A DNA stretch of 64,000 bases from Eledone cirrhosa (lineage: Eukaryota). This document shows, one piece after another, positions 39,801 to 52,703 of this stretch (position 1 is its first letter; each line of letters starts with the position of its first letter). The stretch spans positions 2,976,001-3,040,000 of the forward strand of contig OZ024764.1 of assembly GCA_964016885.1 (NCBI GenBank), written 5' to 3'. The translations under genes were made by a program, and so were the position numbers. The notes below the pieces were generated by a model, which did no database searches, was not told where the DNA came from, and saw only the letters and a list, made by a program, of their open reading frames with translations.

Positions 39801-41140
39801 ATGAGGTCACTAACTACTAGGCTATGTTGGGAGGTGCATTCTTCACAGAAGAGGGATTTAGTGTTTACAACAGACACTTTGTCCCATCTTCTAGTTAGGA
39901 TATAATCTATCTGGCTGGCGTGTTCCCCTGATCTATAGGTGATCAAGTGGTTTTCACCTTTTTTGAAGGTTGTGTTACAGATAGTTAGGTTATTGGCGTC
40001 ACAGAATTCCAGGATTCTGAAGCCTTCCTCATTTCTATTTCCAACCCCAGGGATTCCATCATAGCCGTCAGTATGTTGTCCAACGTGGCCGTTTAGATCG
40101 CCAGCAATAATTAGGTAGTCACTGTTGGTTATTTGGGAGGTAGTGTGCATTAGCGTCTCATAGAACCTGTCCTTTAAAACGTCAAGTAGACCAGATTGGG
40201 GTGCATAAGCAGATATTGTCACAGTAGTTTTATTTAGAACTAGTCTTAATTTAATTATTCTGTCATTTACTCTATTTACGTCGATTACCTTATCTACCCA
40301 TTTTTCAGCTAATATAATTCCTACTCCACCCAGTCCGTTGTCATTTCCCACCCAGAAAAGTTTATAGCATCGTTTTTTACCCACGATTAATCTGGCAGAA
40401 CCCCCCCCCCCCCTCTCCACCTAGTCTCTTGAATACAACAAACATCAACTTCTTTTCGTTCAAGCATCTCTACAACCTCATTTGAGCGACCTTTTAATGT
40501 GCCTACGTTCATGGTACCAACTCTGAAGTTGGGAGGGTGGGCTGAATGGGTTAGAGGGGCAGGGAGGGGTGTGGGAGAAGGGATTTTGTTGGTCATTCGT
40601 GTCTGAAATAGAGAGGGGTCTTTGTATTTTCGTCCTGCAGGAGGAGGTGCATTTATTTTTACCTGTGACATCGTCATTGAATGCTTAAACTTTCCAAATC
40701 TCCGCAGTCAACCCATCAAACAGGTCTAAACTTAAGTAGTAGTAACCAGGGTGGTAGCTTTGCTATACTGATGTGTTAGAGAACTTACTAAAGCCGCTGA
40801 GTTATGTTGGACCATTAGCAATGGTGGTGTGTGGGGGTGGGAGGGCGGGAAATGGGTAACTTTAGGAGAAGGATTTGATTTAGGAAGGGTCCAACAGAAT
40901 GAGACAAGTCATTTAAAAACATGTAAATATTAATTGAAAATCCGAGAGAAACAAACGGGGAATTTGAATTGTAGACTAGCATAGCTCGGAGTTTAAAAAC
41001 ACTGCTCATTGGGGAGACTGCGGAATATGGAAGACAAACCTTACATTCTCAAATCAACAAGTCGTCCATAAGATAATTTAGATAGATAAATTCTGTCCTT
41101 GGAAACCAGCAAGATGTATTTTATACCTGCGATCAGGCGG
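36866..41140 (-). mobile_element. Near full-length RTE-clade LINE (APE endonuclease + RT + PHD-type insert), frameshifted. 5' boundary approximate
   Basis: ORF pieces 40677-40387 (GTMNVGTL...CCIQETRW), 40420-39539 (YAPQ, GDLNGH, IDYIL, SQHSLV), 39463-38504 (NYRGIKL, QFGF, DLEKAFDRV, GVHQGSVLSP), 38553-37735 (YADD, FRYLG), 37604-37386. 3' UTR ends in (gat)n. Confidence 0.95.
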
Positions 41141-41381
41141 GGGTATGAGAGAAAGAGCAAACACACATATCAAAGGTATATATTGAGCTAGAAACTCAAA
41201 ATGTCTCTTACAATTAAACAGCTCAAGGAAAGAAATTTTTCCGGGCCATGTAATATAATTGAATATAAAAGAGAGATAAACACAGATATATACATATATA
41301 TGTTCAAATCGTAAGGGACAAGATTTGCTAGGGTGAAAGAAATACTAACTATGAACAATAGGGTTTGCCAGACTCAATTTA

Positions 41382-42620
41382 AAGTGTGGACTGGGTACTT
41401 TTTGTTGACACCTACATGACCACTTTACAGTGTGGACTGGGTGTTTTTTGTTGTGACACCTACATGAGAACTTTACAGCGTGGACTGGGTGCTTTTTATT
41501 GTGACACCTACATGACCACTACAGTGTGGACTGGGTACTTTTTGTTGTGACGCCTACATGACCACTTTACAGTGTGGACTGGGTGTTGTTTGTTGTGACA
41601 CCTACATGACCACTTTACAGTGTGGACTGGGTGTTGTTTGTTGTGACACCTCCACGACCACTTTATAGTGTGGACTGGGTGCTTTTTGTTGTGACACCTA
41701 CATGACCACTTTACAGTGTGGACTGGGTGCTTTTTGTTGTGACACCTACATGACCACTTTACAGTGTGGACTGGGTACTTTTTGTTGTGACACCTACATG
41801 ACCACTTTACAGTGTGGACTGGGAACTTTTTGTTGTGATACTTACATGACCACTTTACAGTGTGGACTGGGTACTTTTTGTTGTGACATCTACATGACCA
41901 CTTTACAGAGTGGGCTGGGTGCATTTTGTTGTGACACCTACATGACCACTTTACAGTGTGGACTAGGTACTTTTTGTCATGACACCTACATGACCACTTT
42001 ACAGTGTGGACTGGGTGTTGTTTGTTGTGACACCTACATGACCACTTTACAGTGTGGACTGGGTGTTGTTTGTTGTGACACCTCCACGACCACTTTATAG
42101 TGTGGACTGGGTACTTTTTGTTGTGACACCTACATGACCACTTTACAGTGTGGACTGGGTACTTTTTGTTGTGACACCTACATGACAACTTTACAGAGTG
42201 GACTGGGTGTTGTTTGTTGTGACACCTACATGACCACTTCACAGTGTTGACTGGATGTTCTGTGGTATCAACATAACTTTACAGAGAAAGGGTGGTGTTG
42301 GTGGGAGTGGGAGGATAGAGCAGGGGTGTGGAGTAGAGTGTATATTTGGTTAAGAGGTGCCTACTGACTAGGTTTAACTTTGTACGTAAGGGAAGGCAGG
42401 CCCTCTATTACTGCGTAGCGCCAAAGATCTAGAACCAGTAACATTGTATTAGAGAGGTGTAGGTGAGCAAGGTCAGATTTTATCATGTCGTCCCAGGTTT
42501 TTCTGGGTCTACCTACTCCGTAACTTCCATCAATTTTGATCGCCCTGCACTTTTTTATACAGCTGTCGTCTTTCATGCGCATCACATGACCATACCAACG
42601 TAATCTTCTCTCAAGTAAAC
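41382..42620 (-). mobile_element. RTE 3' end fragment (42250-42620) whose UTR is expanded into the same 48-bp minisatellite (41382-42250)
   Basis: Reverse strand encodes MMRMKDDSCIKKCRAIKIDGSYGVGRPRKTW. The array is the reverse complement of 34965-36205. Confidence 0.9.
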
Positions 42621-43640
42621 TGCAATTGAAACTAAAATTTATTTATTCTACAAAACATAATCTCCAATGAATACAATAACATCTTTACAGTCCTTATTTA
42701 AAGCGTTTAACCCTTTCTGGGACCCTTCTTTCGGCAATTGTTGAAACCACTACAACAATTCATCTACCATCTCTTCTAATGAAGTGAAAACAAATTTTCA
42801 AAGATGTTGCTTTAATAACTTGAACACCCAACAATTGCACACATTTAAGTCAGGACTATAGGGTGATAGTTTGATCATTGCCTCTCTTCTCCTCTGGAAA
42901 ATATCTTTTGTAGATTGAGCAGTTTGATGTGTGTATTATAAACTCACAAGAATGACAGCAAAATAATTACATGGAGGCACATGGCTTAGTGGTTAGAGCA
43001 TTGGCCTTGCAATCGAAAGGTTGTGAGTTCAATTCTCAGACCGGGTGATGTGTTGTTTCCTTGAGCAAGACCCTTTATTTCACATTGCTCCAGTTTACTC
43101 AGCTGTAGAAATGAGATGATAGGGACTGGGGTCCCTATCATTCCACTGCAAAGTGGTCGTGGAGGTGCCACGGCAAAAAAGCACCCAGCACTCACTGTAA
43201 ATGAGGTTGGTGTTAGGAAGGGCATCCAGCTGTAGAAATCAAGCCAGAATCAGTTCCCGTCCCACCCTTGCAAGCAGGGAAAAGCGGACGTAAAATGATG
43301 ATGATGATGATGTCCTATGACAAAATACATCATTCATACTGAATATCACACACGTACAATAAAATTAATATTCTAACATGGGGCCGATAAAATAAATCAC
43401 CAGTAATGCACTGGGGTAATTGCTGGCCTTGTGCCAAAAGTATAAACAATATTAACTACATTTACTGTCACGCCAAGTATATATATATATATATTGTTAT
43501 ACTTTGGGAGGGTCATGTTGCCAATAAGAAACACACGCACCAGTTGCTTTCACTTCAATATATTATAATAAATTTATAAATTTAGGAATTTATAAATTTC
43601 TGGTTGGTTGATTCCACAACCAGATGATTGTTTATATATT

Positions 43641-43683
43641 GTCAAAGTTCTTTCGTCACACATTCTGTGACCTCTTCAGCGAC
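43641..43683 (-). ncRNA. Hammerhead motif (GTCACA/TGTGAC stem II family). Relatives at 59516-59558(-), and degenerate ones near 50170-50204(-) and 59364-59397(-)
   Basis: Reverse complement: GTCG-CTGAAGA-GGTCACAGAATGTGTGAC-GAAA-GAAC-TT-TGAC. Confidence 0.65.
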
Positions 43684-43764
43684 TGGGGATTCTTTTCTTT
43701 GTTTTTGTGCCTCTCCTTTGTTCTGTCCAACGCCATCCTACACCAAAAACAAGATGGCGCACCC

Positions 43765-45210
43765 AGTAGTGTTATCTTTTCTATGTTATATATATTTGTA
43801 AGTCCTGTGGTACTCTATATAATATATATACAGTACCTAGTAGTGCTATCTTTTCTATGTTATATATATTTGTAAGTCCTGTGGTACTCTATATAATATA
43901 TATACAGTACCTAGTAGTACTATCTTCTGTATGTTGTATATATTTGTAAGTCCTGTGGTACTCTATATAATATATATACAGTACCTAGTAGTGCTATCTT
44001 CTGTATGTTGTATATATTTGTAAGTCCTAGGGTACTCTATATAATGTATATACAGTACCTAGTAGTGCTATCTTCTGTATGTTGTATATATTTGTAAGTC
44101 CTAGGGTACTCTATATAATGTATATACAGTACCTAGTAGTGCTATCTTCTGTATGTTGTATATATTTGTAAGTCCTGTGGTACTCTATATAATATATATA
44201 CAGTACCTAGTAGTGCTATCTTTTGTATGTTATATATATTTGTAAGTCCTGTGGTACTCTATATAATATATATACAGTACCTAGTAGTGCTATCTTCTGT
44301 ATGTTGTATATATTTGTAAGTCCTGTGGTACTCTATATAATATATATACAGTACCTAGTAGTGCTATCTTCTGTATGTTGTATATATTTGTAAGTCCTAG
44401 GGTACTCTATATAATGTATATACAGTACCTAGTAGTGCTATCTTCTGTATGTTGTATATATTTGTAAGTCCTGTGGTACTCTATATAATATATATACAGT
44501 ACCTAGTAGTGCTATCTTTTGTATGTTATATATATTTGTAAGTCCTGTGGTACTCTATATAATATATATACAGTACCTAGTAGTGCTATCTTCTGTATGT
44601 TGTATATATTTGTAAGTCCTGGGGTACTCTATATAATGTATATACAGTACCTAGTAGTGCTATCTTCTGTATGTTATATATATTTGTAAGTCCTGTGGTA
44701 CTCTATATAATATATATACAGTACCTAGTAGTACTATCTTCTGTATGTTGTATATATTTGTAAGTCCTGTAGTACTCTATATAATATATATACAGTACCT
44801 AGTAGTACTATCTTCTGTATTTTGTATATATTTGTAAGTCCTGGGGTACTCTATATAATGTATATACAGTACCTAGTAGTGCTATCTTTTGTATGTTATA
44901 TATATTTGTAAGTCCTGTGGTACTCTATATAATATATATACAGTACCTAGTAGTACTATCTTCTGTATGTTGTATATATTTGTAAGTCCTGTGGTACTCT
45001 ATATAATGTATATACAGTACCTAGTAGTGCTATCTTCTGTATGTTGTATATATTTGTAAGTCCTGTGGTACTCTATATAATATATATACAGTACCTAGTA
45101 GTGCTATCTTCTGTATGTTGTATATATTTGTAAGTCCTGTGTACTCTATATAATATATATACAGTACCTAGTAGTACTATCTTCTGTATGTTGTATATAT
45201 ATATAAGTCC
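43765..45210. repeat. 74-bp minisatellite with an internal ggtact...agtacc hairpin
   Basis: About 19 units of tagtagtgctatcttctgtatgttgtatatatttgtaagtcctgtggtactctatataatatatatacagtacc. Confidence 0.95.
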
Positions 45211-46110
45211 TGGGGTTTGGGCTATGTGTCTGCCTGTGTGTTTTTTATCATTCCCAGAGCACCTATTATTATAGGTATTGTTTCTGTCTTCATCATCCAC
45301 ATTCAAGTTATTTCTATCTCTAGATCTTTATATTTGGAGAGTTTCTCCCTTTCCTTGGAAGATATATTGTCATTTGTGGGGATTGATATATCTATTAGAA
45401 GGCATTTTCTTTTCTTTTAGTCTTTGACTATAATGCCTGGTTGGTTAGCTTTGATCTCTCTGTCTGTATGTATTGGCACATCCCAGAGAATGGTTGCTTT
45501 GTCATTCTCTGACACTTTTTCTGCTGTGTGTTTGTACCATCTTTTTTCTGTTGGTATTTCATAATGGTGGCATAACTTCCAGTGTATGAAGGTCCCAACT
45601 CTATCACGCCTGTGGATATATTCTTTTTTGGCTAGAGCTGGGCATCCAGAGACTATGTGGTTGATTGTTTCTTCCCTAGCTAGACATATTCTACGTCTAC
45701 TTATAGTGTCTTGCTTTCTTTATGTACTTGTGGTAGTTTCTGGTCCTACACTGCAATTAGAAATACTTCCGTCTCAGCTATTATGTCCTTTTTGGCTAGA
45801 GCTGGGCATCCAGAGACTATGTGGTTGATTGTTTCTTCCCTAGCTCTACTTATAGTGTCTTGCTTTCTTTATGTACTTGTGGTAGTTTCTGGTCCTACAC
45901 TGCAATTAGAAATACTTCCGTCTCAGCTATTATGTCCTTTTTGGCTAGAGCTGGGCATCCAGAGACTATGTGGTTGATTGTTTCTTCCCTAGCTCCACAT
46001 ATTCTACGTCTACTTATAGTGTCTTGCTTTCTTTATGTACTTGTGGTAGTTTCGTGGTCCTACACTGCAATTAGAAATACTTCCGTCTCAGCTATCATGT
46101 CCTTCCGCAG
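45208..46110 (-). mobile_element. Decayed RLE-type (R4/Dong-like) non-LTR retrotransposon C-terminus, zinc-knuckle segment tandemly triplicated
   Basis: Reverse strand: RICLAREETINHIVSGCPALAK, IHWKLC, ILWDVPIHTD, LIDISIP, EKLSKYKDLEIE, PIIIGALG. Confidence 0.85.
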
Positions 46111-47097
46111 GATCCATCTTAATTCCTTGTTTAGTGAAGATAATCGACGACATCCAGAGGTCTTAGGTATCTTCACACTGCTTCCTTCTTTTCAGTTTCT
46201 ATCCAATATGTTTTGTATTATCCCAGTTGTTCCAACAAACAAGGATTCCGTAACACTTCCATTGTAAGATTCAGTTCTAGTCATTTCATCAATCCATATA
46301 TGGATGCACATAGCTTAGTGGTTAGAGCATTGGCCTTGCAATCGAAAGGTTGTGAGTTCAATTCTCAGACCGGGTGATGTGTTGTTTCCTTGAGCAAGAC
46401 ACTTTATTTCACATTGCTCCAGTTTACTCAGCTGTAGAAATGAGATGATAGGGACTGGGGTCCCTATCATTCCACTGCAAAGTGGTCGTGGAGGGGCCAC
46501 GGCAAAAAAAGCACCCAGCACTCACTGTAAATGAGGTTGGTGTTAGGAAGGGCATCCAGCTGTAGAAATCAAGCCAGAATCAGGACAACCCCGTCCCACC
46601 CTTGCAAGCAGGGAAGAAGCGGACGTAAAATGAAATGATGATGATGAATGATGATGTATACATTTCTGCGATTCTGTCACATGTAAAGAGAGAGGAGTAG
46701 ATTGACTACCTCACACTACTACTCTCTCTTTACATCTGTCGCCTGTGGGGATGTATTTTGCCTCATAAAATATTATAAGGTAAAATAAAATTTAATGAAA
46801 ATCGACCACAGAAGAAGAAAACAATTTGTTGGCAATATTTTTATATTCTCCACTGATTGTCTCCTATTTCTTACATCAGACGTAAAGAGAGGGGAGTAGT
46901 ATGAGGTAGTCGTAACAACAGTGGTAGCAGTACCCTGTTGTTGTAGAGAGAGGAGTAGTATGAGGTGATCATATGTGTGTGTGCTTATATATAGATAGAT
47001 GCGTGTGTGAACGCTTATATGTTTGTGTGTGTATATATATATATGAGTGTGTGTGTACTTATATATATATATATATATGCATGCATGGTTGTATGTT

Positions 47098-47151
<54 letters not shown>

Positions 47152-47209
47152 TGTGTGTGTACTTATATATATATATATATATATATGCATGTGTGCATGG
47201 TTGTATGTT

Positions 47210-47247
<38 letters not shown>

Positions 47248-48171
47248 TGTGTGTGTACTTATATATATATATATATATATATGCATGGTTGTATGTTTGT
47301 GTATATATATGTGTGTGCTTGTATATATATATATATATATATATATATACGCGCATGTGCGTGGTTGTGTGTACATGCGTGTGTATGTATGTTTATACAC
47401 ATACCTACATAGAAGTATGTATAAGTATATATATATACACTCTCACACTTTTCTCAACCTACTCCATTAACTCCACTTCCCGCCTCCCCACCCCCACTCT
47501 ACCCCTATACACCACCTCTGCTCCCCCCAACCACTATCAGATTTATAAATACCAATGACTTACAATTGAAACAGTGCTAGTCCTGTAGAAGCCTTTTCTA
47601 TATAAACTTATATATGGGAAAAGAGTCAGTACCCCGACGGCTGAGCTCCGGCTATTTTGACAGCTAGATCCGAACGGAGCTCAGCCGTCGGGGTACTGAC
47701 TCTTTTCCTATTACCCACTCTACTACCCTGAGTATTGAGTACTCTGGTGTATTATGATTCATCTGGTTCCTCTTTGTTAAACTTATTTTTTCACATTTTT
47801 TCATTTTATTTTACGTCCGCCTTTTCCCTGCTTGCAAGGGTGGGACGGGTTGTCCTGATTCTGGCTTGATTTCTACAGCTGGATGCCCTTCCTAACACCA
47901 ACCTCATTTACAGTGAGTGCTGGGTGCTTTTTTTGCCGTGGCACCTCCACGACCACTTTGCAGTGGAATGATAGGGACCCCAGTCCCTATCATCTCATTT
48001 CTACAGCTGAGTAAACTGGAGCAATGTGAAATAAAGTGTCTTGCTCAAGGAAACAACACATCACCCGGTCTGAGAATTGAACTCACAACCTTTCGATTGC
48101 AAGGACAATGCTCTAACCACTAAGCCATGTGCCTCCATATATATATATATATATATAGATGGAGGCACACA

Positions 48172-48532
48172 CAGTTGCCCCCCCAGTATTTGCAGGGGTT
48201 ATGTTCCCAGAACACCCACAAAGAGTGAAAAACCGCAAATATTGGACGTGGTCCATAAAAATGCCTATAAACATTAAAATACAACGTAAAATATAATAAA
48301 AAAAGAGGGAGAGTCTTATGCGAAGGGGCGTCTAATAGACCAGCAAATACCAGTATATTGTTGTTGATAATTTAGTGTTAAAAATATATATTGCCACGAA
48401 AAAAGCCATAAAATAATCACGGAAGATATTTACAATTCCACGAATATTTGGTGGTTTTCACAAACAATTGTTTGTTTCGTTCTTAGGAAAATTCCACGAA
48501 TAACTGGGACCACGAATATCGGGTGTACACTG
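48172..48532. mobile_element. Tc1/mariner (Tigger/pogo-like) MITE
   Basis: Termini CAGTTGCCCCCCAGTATTTGC and GAATATCGGGTGTACACTG followed by TA. Second copy at 19047. Confidence 0.75.
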
Positions 48533-48587
48533 TATATATATATATAGTAATAAACGAAAGATAAATACTTTATATCATCTCTATTTG

Positions 48588-48662
48588 TTTTATTATATAT
48601 ATTTCGAAGATGTAAAGTTTTATGTACAACATAAAGCAAGACATGTCCTCTTCAGACAAAAT
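48588..48662 (-). ncRNA. Core-intact hammerhead motif with no mirror copy
   Basis: Reverse complement: TTTTGT-CTGAAGA-GGACATGT...TTTATGT-TGT-ACATAAA...ACATCTTC-GAAA-TATATA-TA-ATAAAA. Confidence 0.75.
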
Positions 48663-48736
48663 ACATAGAAGATGTATAATTTTTTTGCTGATATGCTGGT
48701 AGTCAAACGAGCTGGACAGATCGATGACCACCAAGC

Positions 48737-48770
<34 letters not shown>

Positions 48771-49680
48771 ACACACATTCACACACGTTCCTTCCTATGA
48801 ACATATATAAACACAAACACGCACACACATATACATAGACACACACACACACATATATATATATACACACACACACACATATATATATATATACACACAC
48901 ACATATATATACACACACACACACATATACATACACACACACACATATATACATACACACACATATATACATATACACACACATTCATATGAACATATAT
49001 AAACAAAAACACGCACACATATATACATACACACATACATATGAACATACATAAACACACACACGTATATATATATATATATATACATACATACACACAC
49101 ACATATATATACACACATACACACACATACATATGAACGTATTTAAACACACACACACACATGTATACATATACATACACATACACACATATATACATAC
49201 ACACACATACATATGAACACACACACATATATATATACATCATCACCTCATATAACTTCCATCTATATACCATTTCTTCTCTGAGTGTGTATGTATGTCT
49301 ATATGTATGTGTATCCCATTTCTGTATTAAATTTTATTTATATATATGGAGGCACATGGCTTAGTGGTTAGAGCATTGGCCTTGCTACCGAAAGGTTGTG
49401 AGTTCAATTCTCAGACCGGGTGATGTGTTGTTTCCTTGAGCAAGACACTTTATTTCACATTGCTCCAGTTTACTCAGCTGTAGAAATGAGATGATAGGGA
49501 CTGGGGTCCCTATCATTCCACTGCAAAGTGGTCGTGGAGGTGCCACGGCAAAAAAGCACCCAGCACTCACTGTAAATGAGGTTGGTTGTAGGAAGGGCAT
49601 CCAGTTGTAGAAATTAAGCCAGAATCAGTTCCCGTCCCACCCTTGCAAGCAGGGAAAAGCGGACGTAAAATGAAATGATG

Positions 49681-49713
<33 letters not shown>

Positions 49714-49909
49714 TGTATATATGTATGTATGAATAACATATTTCCGTCGGAAAGGTTCAGGAAAAAAGAGTGCTCTATGTAGGCTACAGAGCTTATTAGT
49801 TATGTAATAAACAACATAAGATAATTATTTCATTTACCAGTGGTTTCTTGAAGTCAGATGTTGTGTCTGGCTTCAGTCATCAGAATGAATAAAAAACATT
49901 TGTTATTTA

Positions 49910-49970
49910 TTCATTCTGACGACTGAAGACAGACAAAACATCTGACTTCAAGAAACCACTGGTAAATGAA
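49910..49970 (+). ncRNA. Hammerhead motif. Mirror near 49829-49889(-), within palindrome 49795-50003
   Basis: TTCATT-CTGACGA-CTGAAG.CAGA...TCTG.CTTCAA-GAAA-CCACTGG-TA-AATGAA. Confidence 0.82.
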
Positions 49971-50512
49971 ATAATTATCTTATGTTGTTTTTACATAACT
50001 AATATATGTGTGTGTATATATATCTACACACTTATATATTATACTTTGGGGGGGGGGGGGGGTTCAGTTGCCAATAAAAAGACACGCACCTGTTGGTTTT
50101 TCACTTCAATTTATTATAAATTTCCGGGTGGTTGGTTGTTTGGTTCAATAACCTGAAGGTTTATATATTATCAAAGATCTTTTGTCATGATCTCCTCAGT
50201 GACTGAGTTTTTAGTTTTGTGTCTCGCCTTTGTTCTGTCCTACACAATCTTGTTTTTGTGTGTTGTGTGCTCACAACAAAAATTAAAAAACGAAATATAT
50301 ATATATATATATAATATAAGATCAAAAGATGGTTAAAGGAGTTCAATATATTTTATTATGCGCATTTCAAAAACAAACATCATCAAACAATAATATTTGT
50401 GTTTTCATCAGATAAAACAGGAGAACATGATATGAAGGCTAAAAAAAAACACTTGTTGATAGTGCAGTTTTAAATCAACATATTTTTTTTAGCCTTCATA
50501 TCATGTTCTCCT

Positions 50513-50581
50513 GTTTTATCTGATGAAAACACAAATATTATTGTTTGATGATGTTTGTTTTTGAAATGCGCATAATAAAAT
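50513..50581 (+). ncRNA. Hammerhead motif. Mirror near 50350-50418(-), within palindrome 50310-50620
   Basis: GTTTTAT-CTGATGA-(AT-rich stem II)-GAAA-TGCGCA-TA-ATAAAAT. Palindromic stem III ATGCGCAT. Confidence 0.8.
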
Positions 50582-50992
50582 ATATTGAACTCCTTTAACC
50601 ATCTTTTGATCTTATATTATGCATACTCCAGTCCCACATACTGTAGAGTGCTTCTTATCCGATATCTGCATTGCTTTATTGTACTACAATAAAACTCACC
50701 TCCTACATTATATATATATATATATATATAAGTATTGAAATTTCCGTTGGAAACAGAAAAGGTCATAGAAGTGAAGAGTGCTCTATGTAAGTATCAGAGC
50801 AAAATTTAATGTATAAAAATCAATACAATATAATTACCTCATTACCAGAGGCTTCCCGAATGAGGCGAATACGAAAGAAACATCTTCATTTGTTCGTCAG
50901 ACGAGGCAATACTGCAATACTGCCTCGTCTATATGCTTCAGCTTCGGCTTATACCCGTGGGATGGATATTTATATATATATAATATATATAT

Positions 50993-51062
50993 CCTCGTCT
51001 GACGAACAAATGAAGACGTTTCTTTCGTATTCGCTTCATTCGGGAAACCTCTGGTAATGAGG
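50993..51062 (+). ncRNA. Hammerhead motif. The mirror near 50837-50906(-) has GAAG. Within palindrome 50808-51092
   Basis: CCTCGT-CTGACGA-..AATGAAG...CTTCATT..-GAAA-CCTCTGG-TA-ATGAGG. Confidence 0.7.
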
Positions 51063-52486
51063 TAATTATATTGTATTGATTTTTATACATTATATATATA
51101 TATATATAGAAGCACATGGCTTAGTGGTTAGAGCATTGGGCTTGCAATCGAAAGGTTGTTAGTTCAATTCTCGGACCGGGTGATGTGTTGTTTCCTTGAG
51201 CAAGACACTTTATTTTACATTGTTCCAGTTTACTTAGCTGTAGAAATGAGATGATAGGGACTGGGGTCCCTATTATTCCACTGCAAAGTGGTCGTGGAGG
51301 TGCCATGGAAAAAAAGCACCCAGCACTCACTGTAAATGAGGTTGGTGTTAGGAAGGGCACCCAGCTGTAGAAATCAAGCCAGAATCAGTTCCCATATGAG
51401 CAAGACAAGGTCACCGGACTGGACACGGCCCACAACAGGACAACCCTGTCTAACCTATTCTAGCGTGGGAGAACAGATGTAAAACGATGATGATGATGAT
51501 GATGATGATATAGGCGAATTGGCAGAATTGGATAGAAACCTTTACGGTATTCGTCCCACCCCATTGCACCCTCTGAGTTCAAATCCCGAAGGGGGTCAAC
51601 TTTGCCTTTCATCATTTCGAGGTCGAGAAAAAAAATTACCAGTCCAGTACTGAGGACGATTCTTCCTCTATAGAAAACCTCGGCTGTGTTCAGAACTGGC
51701 GAGGGTTGGGCTCTGCCAGGTTTAAAAGTGTCCTAGACACACTGTATGATGGTACCTCTACGACTCCACGAGGAATCATGGGATCTTTATCCTTTATATA
51801 TTTTTTCATTTTTTTCATTTTTTTCATTTTACGTCCGCTTTTCCCTGCTTGCAAGGGTGGGACGGGAACTGATTCTGGCTTGATTTCTACAGCAGGATGC
51901 CCTTCCTAACACCAACCTCATTTACAGTGAGTGCTGGGTGCTATTTTTTCTGTGGTGCCTACACGTCCACTTTACAGTGAGTGCTGGGTGCTGTTTTGCC
52001 GTGGCACCTCCACGACCACTTTGCAGTGGAATGATAGGGACCCCACTCCCTATCATCTCGTTTCTACAGCTGAGTAAACTGGAGCAATGTGAAATAAAGT
52101 GTCTTGCTCAAGGAAACAACACATTACCCGGTCCGAGAATTAAACTCATATATACATATATATAATAAACAACACAATATAATTATCCCATTACATAATT
52201 AAATAGCTCTGTACTATACATAGAGCACTCGTCTTTCCTTTACCTTTTCTTTGGAAATATATATATAAAAGATAATAATGATGACAGTCTCCAAAAATAT
52301 ATAGCAGACCCTTTTCATAACAAACTGCCTGAAACCACCCCTGGTTCTACAATACAAAACTGTTTATTTTTAAGTGTTTATATTTATCTAAAAACATTCC
52401 TTCGCTAATTTTATGAAAGTACCTCTCTTAACCTGTTAATTGCCAAATGTATTCAAAACTATGTGTGTGTGTGTGTATGTGTGCAT

Positions 52487-52622
<136 letters not shown>

Positions 52623-52633
52623 ATATATTTATA

Positions 52634-52703
<70 letters not shown>

